Notes under the pieces: model-generated
What the model saw: the letters and a program-made list of their open reading frames with translations, nothing else
What the model was told of the DNA's origin: nothing
Databases searched by the model: none
Origin: Fonticula alba ATCC 38817
Lineage: Eukaryota; Protista; Nucleariida
DNA length: 35,916 nucleotides
Strand: one strand, 5' to 3'
Assembly (NCBI GenBank): GCA_000388065.2
Contig: KB932203.1
Part shown: one piece after another, positions 10,178-20,400 of the stretch
How positions within the stretch are numbered: the stretch's first letter is position 1
Layout of the letters: each line of letters opens with the position of its first letter
Made by a program: the position numbers and the translations under genes

Positions 10178-13100
10178 CCCCCCTCAGACACACGAAAACA
10201 GGCACCGTAGGCCGGCGAGAGGATCAGGGGCCCGAGGACGCACTCGATTTGCTCCGCCGCATCGGCGGCCGCATTGGGCCCCTGCGAGGCCGGATCATCG
10301 GAGGGCAGGAAATTCTGGAAGCGAATACGCTCAGCATGCTGGAAGAGCACACCTCCGGAACGCGTGGCATCATAGCGCTCGCCCTGCATGGTGAACCCGG
10401 CCAAGCCATGCTGGCGCCCATGCGCCTCGATGTATGCCTTGCACTGGTCCCCATCGGCGATGAAGACACACCGGTCCAGCTTGGCAATGTCCACCAGATA
10501 GTTGAACACCGCATTGTGGGTGACCTCAATGAAGTCCAGCGGCGAGGGGAAGTCCGCCAGCGGCGAGGCCACCGGATACCGGCGATCGGTCGGCCCGCCA
10601 AAGTACACCGCCTGGCCGCGGTATTGCCTTTCGGCAATCAGCCGACTGAGCTCCGGCAGGCGCTGCGGATTGGTGGTGATGATGTGCGTCATCTGCCGGC
10701 CGATGAGCCGGTCCAACGCCGGATACCAGCGCCGGTCTTTGATGCGTACATACAGCCCAATCGGCCCGAGGGTGTCCTCCGGCAGGCGCAGCGTACGGAA
10801 CATCGGGTGATAGAAGGCCCCCTTCTCGGCAAGGCTCAATTGGCCGCCCTGTGACGCGGCGCTTGCCTGCGAGGCGACCATCCGTTGCAGCTGCTCCACC
10901 ACCCGGGTCAATGTCTCGACCATGGACCGATGGCGGGCCATCTTGTCCGAGGACACCTGGAAGTCTGCCGTCAGATCGTTCTTCCGCGTGGACAGCTCCT
11001 TGTAGTGGGTGTCCACCTTCAGCATGGGGCGGAGCAGGCAGCATGTCCGAGGGCATCGGCGAGCCGAAGGGCAGGGAGGGGGGCCGTATTTTCCCTGGTC
11101 AGCAAGGGGGAACACATCCACAGACAGATGCGTGTCCTCATGGATGCCAGCGCTCGGGCGGGGCGGAGGAGATGCGTACCTCATTGAATTGGGCTTGGGC
11201 CAGCTGCAGGCGTTCTGTGCAGCTTTCCAGTTCCTGGCGAAGCTGCTCCACATCGGCCTGGCTGCTGGATGTGTGCAGATCGGTCGCACGTTGGAGATGG
11301 CCCAGGCGCCGGGCCTGCTCGTCAAGTTCGCCGCGAGCCCGTGTCAGAGATGACTGGGCGCTGGACAGGGTCGATTCGGCGCTGGCAATCTCGTCGCGCG
11401 CCAGGATCTTCTCCGTACGCAGCCGCTCCAGGCGCTGGGCAACGCCGCCGCCGCCGCCGCCGTCGCCGCCGTCGCCGCCGCCGCCGGCGTCGGTCTCCGA
11501 CCGGAGGGCCTCAGTGTCCCGGAGGAGGGCCTCAATTCGAGAGGTGAGCTCATCGCGCAGGGACGACCCCTGTACCCTATCCAGGAAGTACCTCAGCTCC
11601 ATTTCCCGCTGGCTGAGGATCTTCAAACAGCGAGGCCATGTCAAAAAGAGGAATGCACAACAGGGCCAAAGGGGGGCGGCCAGCCCGTCAGGAGGGGAGG
11701 CAACTAATGCATGCGTCTGTCTGTGTGCATTTGGGCACGCAAGGCCGACGTACATTCCGCCGTTGCAGCTTGCCGACAATCTGCACCTGGTACCGGGCCA
11801 TTTCCAACTGGTGACGTAGCTCGCCGATGCGCTCGAGCGCTTGGAAAACCCGGCGCTTCTCATCGAGATGACGCTTGAACGATCCAGCCCGGTCCTTGGC
11901 GTTGACGATGTTTTGGGACAGTTTCTCGGCATTCTGTCGGGATTCCGCGATCAGACGCTTGGTCTGATCAAGCATGGCTCCGGACATGACCATCTACAGG
12001 GGGGGGAGGAGGGAGGGGGACGCAGAAAGCCGGTCAGAGACAGGCGGGCACCCTCGAGGCAAATGGAATCCCCCCTGGTCCGAGCACAAGCGCACCGAGT
12101 ACTTCTCGCTGGCAGAAGAGGACACGAGAAAGCGCTTGGCCTCGTCCTGATTCAGGACGGCCATGCGATTGGACGTCTGATAATTGAAGAAGTCCACAAT
12201 CCGATGAATGGCCTCGGTCTTGACATTCGTCACTGCCCGAACCCCGGGGAAAGGAGTGTCAGCCAAGGGGCTGGCATGGCGGGGCATGGGCAGGCCGATG
12301 TTACGGGATCCGCATGGGCGCGCATGCACGTACGGGAAAAGTACTGCAGAGCACCGGGACCCTGTCGGGTCTGCCGGTAGAGCTTGTATTGGCTGGTGGC
12401 GCCGGTCTTGCCCGAGGCTGCTCGGCGAAGGATTCGCTGGATGACAATGATCGGCCCATGGACATCAGGCTCGAAGGCCAGCGGGCCGATGTTGTGGATG
12501 GCCACCATGAGATTGGCCGACCTGGGGCGATGGTCAGGACAGTGAGCCAGGGGAGGGGGGGGGGAGGGGGAACGGGGGGCATATGTCGGAGTGCAGTGGC
12601 ATGTGTATGGCGAGAGAAGGGTGGCGACGGGGCGGGTGGTTGGAGGGAGGCAGCGCACTCGAAGCCATTCTTGATGAGACCCTGGAGGGAGTCCGCGCGG
12701 CCGGTCACGGTGGCGCGTTCACCGAGAACCGTGATGATGGCCGACAGAATGGAGCTCTTTCCACCTGAAGTGGATGGGCCGAAAGGAGTGCCGAAAAAGG
12801 GAAGAGTGAGGAGGATGCGGCCAAATAGGGGGGGGGGGGAGGAGGGCGAGAGGGGAGGAAAGGCACGCACTGCCGTTGCGCCCGGTGATGAAGTTGAGAG
12901 ATGGTCCAAAGTTGGCGTGGATGAGGTCGTGCCCAAGGAAGCTCTCAATACGCATGGCCATGACCATGCCTGGCTTCCATTTGGCCTGAGGCGGAAGGGT
13001 GCCTGTTAGTGTGCGATGTCGGCATTGGTGCCCCTGTGCGGCATTCAAGCATGAGCCGGATGCATGCCGAGTTTTGGGGCGCTTGGGCGGGAGAGGGGAG

Positions 13101-13315
13101 GGCCAGACGCACTCGCTCCTGCTGTGGGGAAGCCTGAAGCTTCTCGGTCTGTCCCAAGAGGGCGGGGGGGCGGAGGGGAGTAGCAGTTGTCAGAGAGAGA
13201 GAGATTCGCTTGCTTCGGAACAAGTAGGAGCACGGGAAAAAAAAAAGGTCACCCGAGTTGTCGGGATACGGACCACATCTTTGAGGAAGTCATCGACGAT
13301 CTGGTCGCGAGACCG
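7916..13315 (-). CDS. SMC6: Structural maintenance of chromosomes protein 6 (Smc6/Rad18), multi-exon; first exon(s) and start codon not resolved (upstream of 13315)
   Basis: N-terminal head FLGHDLIHANFGPSLNFITGRNGS|GKSSILSAI (Walker A joined across the intron starting at 12870). LNQDEAKRFL Q-loop region, coiled coils, and hinge LGPIGLYVRIKDRRWYPALD. Signature LSGGERS and Walker B CLDEFDVGMD. Last exon 7985-7916 encodes ...ILTLADPKRSAQE*. Exon 13315-13253 is tentative. Confidence 0.9.
10103..10176. repeat. 74-nt poly-C homopolymer (poly-G on the SMC6 sense strand) inside an SMC6 intron (9987-10243)
   Basis: Direct count from the sequence; exact length may be an assembly artefact. Confidence 0.85.
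11443..11489 (-). repeat. GGC/GAC trinucleotide repeat encoding a GGGGDGGDGGGGGG linker in Smc6
   Basis: (GCC)n/GTC repeat on + strand, in frame within a coiled-coil exon. Confidence 0.85.
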
Positions 13316-13481
13316 CTGAGGCGAGAAAAACCCATGGTAAGTGGCCTGGTAGGATGTCAAAGGCAAGCAAGTGGCCTGGGAGCCCCCTGTGTGCGCGGAA
13401 CACACATCCGGGAGGGCATACCTTTGGAAGGGGGGGTCGGAGAGACATGCGTGGCAGGGCGGGGAGGAGATGATCTCACAC

Positions 13482-13502
13482 CACACACACACGCACGCAC
13501 AC

Positions 13503-13540
<38 letters not shown>
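13482..13540. repeat. (CA)n microsatellite with CACG interruptions
   Basis: Directly visible; similar shorter (GT)n tracts at ~3310-3337, ~4470-4492 and ~26385-26412. Confidence 0.9.
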
Positions 13541-13545
<5 letters not shown>

Positions 13546-14298
13546 CAGGGACGTGAGGTCCACGACTCAAGGGGGTGGTGTCCGGCCGAAGGGGAAACCC
13601 AGGGGAGGCACAGACGCGGGAGGAGTATGGCCACGCGATGCAAGGAACAAAAAATAGAGGCTAATGAGGCAATAGGCGGATATCGTGCGCGAAAGACGAG
13701 GGCAGGTGCTGGTCACCCCTTTCAGGCGGGAGGGGGAGATCCCCCCCTCCCCAAGCAGAACGGTCGCCCTTGGCCTGGCCGCACCACACCAGGTGGGCAC
13801 CATGCCGGGAAAGCAACGGCTCGGCGGCACACGGGCCCCTCCCCCCGAACCGGGACAATGCGCCGGCAGCGATCGTGTTTTCTTCCCGGACCCGGAGCCG
13901 TGGGCAGGAGCACCTGCCAATGAATGGTCTCCCTCCAGGCCGTCGACATCTCCTCACCGACGGCACCCATTGGGGCTGGCTTCCCGAGACTGGCCGACGC
14001 CGATTCCACTTGGGGGGGGGGGGGGGGAGGGGCTTGCGTGCCAGCAAGCCTGCCAGGTTGGCAGGGGGTCCTATTGCTGGCAAAAAGGCCCCCCCCGCCC
14101 GCCAGGGCGTGCATCAGGCTGGCATTGGTGTGCGGCTCCGGACTCCGAGTAGTCTGGCCCAGAGGCCTGGGCCGCACAATCGGCCGGACGGACGCGCATC
14201 CCTCGGCCACTCTTCGCTAGCCGCCCCAGTCCGGCTGGCGGCCTGCCGCATTTCACCAACTCGGCCCCTTTGCCTACGTCAGGCTCTTCCTTTCCCTG

Positions 14299-14343
14299 CC
14301 CCCTCCTGCCCCCTCCTGCCCCCTCGATCCCCCCTCCTGCCCC
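14299..14343 (+). repeat. Degenerate CCCCTCCTGC decamer repeat (~4 copies) upstream of the PIG-T start
   Basis: Directly visible. Confidence 0.6.
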
Positions 14344-14399
14344 GTCGGTCCTCCCCCCGGCCTGGCCTGTCGGTCTCTTGCTCCTCGGTCGCCTGTGCG

Positions 14400-16662
14400 A
14401 TGCGCCGGCCATCCTTCTGCCGAGCCTCGCTGCCCGGCCTGGCCCTCGTCGGCTGGCTTGTGCTGGTGCTTGTGGGCCTTGTGACGGCCGATGCCCCCTC
14501 GGGCGTGGACTTCCGCGCGGCCGCCTCGTCATCCACCTTTCGCGAGCAGCTCGTCATCTCCCCCACGGCCGATGGTCTGCATACCTTCCTCCGGGCGGAG
14601 TTCCTGATCTCCTCGCCAGCCGACCTGGCCCATGCCGACGCGCCGAATCCGCGCCAGCACTACCGCAGCGATGTCTACCCCGCGGCTGTGCGGCAAATTT
14701 TCCACCTCAATCCCCACTTGGAAGCTGCGGCGCTCACTTTTTCACAGGGGCAATTCATGCTGTCAGAATGGGGCGCCCTCGATCTCGGCCATGGTGCCGC
14801 CGGGCAGGCTGCCCAGCGGGCCGCCTCTCCCGCGCGCCGGCTTCTCCTCCAGTCCCAGGAGCTGGTCCCCACGGGCTCGCGCCTGGTTGGTCTCTTCCGG
14901 CCTTCGGCCACAAGCACCCCCGCCGACATCGGCACTGCCAGCATGGATGCTCACCTGGATGCCAGCTGGTCTGGCCTGACCAACATCCTGGGCGGGCTTT
15001 TTTGCGTGTCCTCACACGACATGACCTCCGAGCGGGTGGTGGACTCGGTGTTCGAGGCCGGTGAATCCCCCGGCCCGACCGCCTGGCTGTTGTCCCGGTC
15101 GAGCATGCTCCCGCGCGAGTCCTCCTGCACGGAGAACCTCTCGGCCCTGCGCCGGTGGGTTTTGCCATGTGCCGTGTCCGGGGAGATGCCCCTCGGGCCT
15201 GGTGCCGCCGGGCTGGGCGACCGTGGGGTTGCCTCCGGCGGGGGCCTCGCCGGCATTCTCCTCTCCAGCCCCCATGGTATTTTCTCGGCCCCCTGGCACT
15301 CGCTGTCGCTCTTCCTCAGCCGAACTGAGGGCATTCGCGTGGCCGTGGACCTGGTGGTTCCGAATTCCCGGTATGTTGGCGCCCCCTTCAAGCGGCCTTG
15401 CGCCTGCCCCCTCCCTCGCTCGCCCCCTCCCTTCCCATCTGCACCCCCCCTTCCTCGTGCTCCTCTGACTGTGGCTCGCTATTCATTGCCGGCGCAATCC
15501 GCCGGGTCTCCCCGACGGCCTATGGTGGCTCCCCAGTGCTCGGACCATCAAGCAGGCCTGGGGCATCGGCATGCAAGTGGCCAATGTCCCCCCGGTGGCC
15601 GTATCCCATGTCAGCCTCTGCCCGGTGGCCAGCAGCTCGCGTGTCTTGATCTTCCCCGGCCTCGCCACCACGAAGGTGGCCGCCACGGCCACAGCCGCCA
15701 TGGCGGTGCCCGGCCCGACACTCCGGGAGATCACCACCGCCGAAGACCTGGCCGCCATGCTGGACGCTCGCCTGGGGCCGGCCGAGGAAGACACCTCGGT
15801 CGAGGCCGTTCCCCTGCATGGCGACGCGGCCGGGCGCCTGCCGATCTTGGTGGAGAGGTCCCTCACATCGGACCTCAGTGACCAGGGGTCGGGCTTGCTG
15901 GTGACCCGGATTCTCTTCCGCCTTCCGGCCAGCGATGGGCCTGACGCGCCCAGCATCTGCCATGTTCGTCTGGATGATGTGCTCCCCTGGTTTTTGGTTC
16001 CCTTCCTCCACACGCTGCGACACTCCATGGTGTCCACCGGCACCAGCGGCAGTGCCTCCGGCGCTGGCGATGCTGCTTTGGCATCCTCTCGGCCGGACTT
16101 TCGCCTGGAAGGGTTGGCCTTCGCGCCGGCCGTGCCCGAGCACTCGCCGGCCCAGCTGCGCATCGACTTCACGCTGGCCGCCGGCGCGGGGCCTGGCCCC
16201 CACGAGGGCGAGGTGCTCTTTGAGATGCGCGTGCGCAAGCGCTTCATCCACATTGACCTGCACCCGCCCGATGCCAACCGCGGCTTTGAGATCTTCCCGA
16301 GCGAGGTGCAGGTGGAGTGTCAGCTTCCGGCCGGTCACGACGCGCGGCTCATCCCCACCGGCCTGGCCTGGCCGGCAGACGGGGCCGCGTCTCCTGCCAT
16401 GGCCTCTTCCACGCCCTCCGGATCGGTGGCCCTGCGGTACCGGGCCTTCACCCGGCCGCTGCTGGTGTACCTCCCTCTGCCGGACTTCAGCATGCCCTTC
16501 AATGTGATCGCCGGGACATCCACCGTGATTGCCCTCTTCTTCGGCTACATGTTCAATCACCTGGTCCGAGCGGTGGTGGTGAAGCCTGCTCGCTCGGCTG
16601 GCTTGAAGGCTCGGTTGGGGGGGCTCCTCCGTCGCCGCCCAGCGCCGCCGGCCGCCTCTTAG
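14400..16662 (+). CDS. PIGT: GPI transamidase subunit PIG-T (Gpi16); exons 14400-15370 and 15537-16662
   Basis: Signal-peptide-like start MRRPSF...LVGWLVLVLVGLVTA. Motifs FSQGQF..EWG, WSGLTNILGGLFCVS, LPRESSCTENL (conserved Cys that bonds PIG-K) and LPLPDFSMPFNVIAGTSTVIALFFG (C-terminal TM), then a basic RRR tail. Intron GTATGT(15371)...CCCCAG(15536) joins the two ORFs in frame. Confidence 0.92.
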
Positions 16663-17230
16663 CCCCCCCCCCCCTCCCCCCCAATGCGGCGACACCCCAC
16701 CGCCCAAAATACACAGCCGGTTTCCTGTCATCTTGCCCTTGTCCTTTTGTGGTTCCCCTCTGTCCGTTCCCCCTCGAGGGGGCGGGGGGGGCAGGGGGGG
16801 GCGGGAGCGGCGACACAGACGAGACCGTTGAGAAAGGGCACTCCTTCCGGCGCAGCCCACAAGCCCACAAAATCGCGGAGCTTCCCCCTCGATGGCAACT
16901 GCCAATGGTCATGGGCATCTAGTCGAATCGTGTCCATCGCCCCGCCGCGGAGCCCAGAGGGAGAGGAGTCCTACCGGCGGGGGGCCCCGCGACAAGAGAC
17001 CGGTGCGGAAGATTGGCTTCGGGTGTGGTTTTTCTCTGCCTGTGCGCCGAGCCCTCGCCTCGCAGTTGTCCCGCGGCCCGGTGCCGGCGCAGCCGTCGCG
17101 GGGCGCCGAGGAGCGCATGGGGGGGGGGGGGGGACATGCTGGCTGCCAGGGGCTGGCATACAGGTGAATCCTTTTTGCCGGAGCTCTCCACACTTTTAGC
17201 GTCCATTCCCGGCATGCAGTTCCCTCCTCT

Positions 17231-17262
17231 CCCTCGCCCCTCGCCCCTCGCCCCTCGCCCCT
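17231..17262 (+). repeat. (CCCTCGC)x4 heptamer repeat upstream of CPSF1
   Basis: Directly visible; related CCCTCG hexamer runs at ~24553-24572 and, on the minus strand, ~30073-30097. Confidence 0.7.
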
Positions 17263-17451
17263 CCCTCGACGCACCACTGCATGCAGACGACGCTTTGTTT
17301 GTGCCTTCGCTGGCGGTGATATCCCTCCCCCGCCCCTTGGTCGGCTCCGTCCCGCGCATCGCCACCTGCTCTTCTCCCATTAAGCCAGAGCCGCCACTCC
17401 GTGCGCGTCTGCTCGTCGCGCCGGGCCCCGTAGAATCCACCCTCAGCGGCC

Positions 17452-20400
17452 ATGAGCAACCTCGTATACCCGGTTCATGATGAGGTTCGTTTTCCTTCCG
17501 GCCCCGGTCTCGCTCCGTCGGCCTCCGCCTCGCTGGCCCTCGCCGCCTTCAACCTTCTTGCATCCCCTTCGCCCTGGCCCAGCTTGTGACCTCTAATCCC
17601 CCCCTCCCCGCCCTGTCTCTTGTCCTCTGCCAATCCATCCGTCTACGGCCGGAATGTCCAGCTTTCGCCGCCGACCGCGGTGGAAAGCTCCATCATCTGC
17701 AATCTCCTGTCTCCGGACGAGTCGTGCCTGGTTGTCTTGCGCAGTTCTCTGCTCCAGGTGTTCCGTGTTTTGGATCGGGTGCGTACTTCCCCGGCCAGGA
17801 GCTCGCACACCCGCGCCACCGCCCCGGCTCCTGCCGTGCGCCCTTCATGCGTCCNNNNNNNNNNNNNNNNNNNNNNNNNNNNNNNNNNNNNNNNNNNNNN
17901 NNNNNNNNNNNNNNNNNNNNNNNNNNNNNNNNNNNNNNNNNNNNNNNNNNNNNNNNNNNNNNNNNNNNNNNNCCCGGCTCACAGCGAACTGGCACCCCTG
18001 TCTCAAGTGCCACACTGCCGAAGGACGGCAAGCTTTGCCTGGCTTTCTCACACCGGCTCTGGGGCGATGTCATGTCCATTCGCGCTGTTCGGCTGGACCC
18101 CTACCCGACTGATGTGCTGATTGTGGCGTCTCTGGAGGCCAAACTCTCGCTGGTGGTCTTTGACCCATACTCCCAGTCGATGGAGACCCTCTCGATGCAC
18201 CACTATGAGGATGAGTCTCTGAAGGTATGCCCGCGTCCTCGCCCACTGGCATCTCGCTTTGCTCAATGTGGTCCTGACCGATGGCCTGCTCCCCCCCCCC
18301 CTTCCAGGAGGGCCGAGTGACCTTCAATTCGGACCCCGAGTTGACGGTCGACCCGGCCAACCGGTGTGCCTCTCTCCGTGTTTACGACGACCATTTTGCC
18401 ATCCTCCCCCTGGGACAAACGGGCATGATGGACCTTGATGGGGATGCCGCCAAGGAGTGCGTCATGTTTGGACGGCACTCCAGTCCCCCGTGAGCCCTGT
18501 TGCTCGTGAAATTCGCCGCCGCCCCCTTCCCCCTTGCCCTTCTTCTCTCTCTCTCTCTCTCTCTCTGACACTCCCTTCTCTCCTTTCCTCTCTCCCGATT
18601 GGCATTCACCAGTCGGTCCCTGCTTACCGGATCTAGCTTTGTGCTGGATTGTTCCGACATCGACAATGGCTTCCGCAATGTCAAAACGTCGGTCTTCTTG
18701 CATGGCTACTACCAGCCCACCGTCACGGTCCTCTATGAGCCCGTTCCCACAAGCCCATCGTATGGTCTCCCCCTGCCCCTGCTCCCCCCCCCTCTCTCTC
18801 TCTCTCTCTCTCCTCCTCAAACCCCTCCTCTTCGCCGCTGGGGTGATTGTCGCTGACCACCACTCTACCACAGGCTTCTCGGCCTGCGCAAGGACACCCA
18901 TTCGATCATCACCTTCTCCCTGGACTTGGCTCGCGGTGATAGTCAAGTCCTGTGGCGGCGCGCGTCCATCCCCTTCGATGCCTTCCAGCTGATTGCTCTC
19001 CCCCGGCCGATTGGCGGTGTCTTGGTCATCTGTCACAGCTCCCTGATCTATGTCAGCCATGAGTCCCTCAATTATGGCGTGGCTCTCAACGAGTTTGCCA
19101 AGCTCAGCGATTATCGTTTTGCCACCAATTGGGCGTCCATCGGAATCGGACAAATTTCCCTCGACGGCTCCAAATGGTCCCTGCTGTCACCTTCTCGACT
19201 CCTGGCCTCCCTGCGAAATGGCGACCTGTACGTGCTGCCCAGCCGCCACCCTGCCATCCAACCGAGCCACCCACCTGTCCATGTTCCTGGTTCTTTCTTT
19301 CTCTCTCTCTCTCCCCCTCTTTTCCTCGTTTGTATTCCATCCTGACACCCGCCATTCGACGCTCCACCAATTCGGTCTCCCCTGATTGTTGATTGGTGTT
19401 CAAGCTACATGGTCGACATTCTGGCCGAGGGGAGCTTCGTCAACCGCATCTCGTTTGAGCGCCTCGCTTCGGCCGGTCTTCCCTCGGGAATTTCGCCGAT
19501 CGGGTCAACGGGCTTCGTTTTCCTGAGCTCCCAGCTGGGTTTGCCCTTGCTGCTGCATATGGAGGAGAAAGGTCGCGCTGTCCTGCCTGTCACAAGTGCC
19601 GAGTCACCTGCACCGGCCCTTTCCTCCACCCAGGCATCTGAGGGTGTGTACAGACACCCCCCCCCCACACACACGTGCAACCAACTCAGCTTGTGTGCCA
19701 TCGTTTCTCTGGCCCCCCTGCTTCCCTCCCTTCTTTCTTTCTCGCTAGCCATGTCTACTGACGACCTTCCTGGCGATCTAGGCTTCGATGAGCTGGATCT
19801 CTTGTTCGGCCATACTGAAGGTGCCAGCACGGCCGGCGGGGCGGCCGATCTGAAGCCCGCCTCGGCCAGCAGCGGTTGGCTCATCACCGTGTCCGACTGG
19901 CTGCATAACATTGGCCCGATCAAGGATTTCGCTGTCGGCCGGGCGGTTGGCGTGTCTGTGCGTTTGCCCCTTGACCAGCTACTCCCCCACATGTGTTGGC
20001 TGTTCTTTTCGTCCTCTTCGCCGGGCGCTCCGCCTGTGCTGCCTCGTCAATGCGACTGACCCACCGGTCTTTCTTTCTCCCCCCCCCCCCTCTCTCTCCC
20101 TCCCAGAACGCCATCTCCAACAACGCGCTCTATGATTTTGTCGACATTGTTGCCCTGTCCGGGCACGACTCGACGACCACCTTCTCCATCATGCAACGCG
20201 GAATCCGGCCGCGGATCCTCTCCTCCTTCGACATGGAGGCGCAGGACATCTTTAATATCCGCAGTTCCTCCGGGCCTGATGCACAGGACGCTTTCTTGAT
20301 CCTCTCCTTCGCTGTGTCGCGCTCCTTGGTACGGATATTGTGTCGTGCCTTTTCTTCCTTGCCCTCCTTCTTGCCTATTTTTATGGCAGCATCGCTACGC

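Noticed and set aside
13770-14399. 210-codon N-terminal extension of the PIG-T ORF
   Set aside because: Low-complexity Pro/Arg/Gly; the signal peptide expected of PIG-T begins at ATG 14400.
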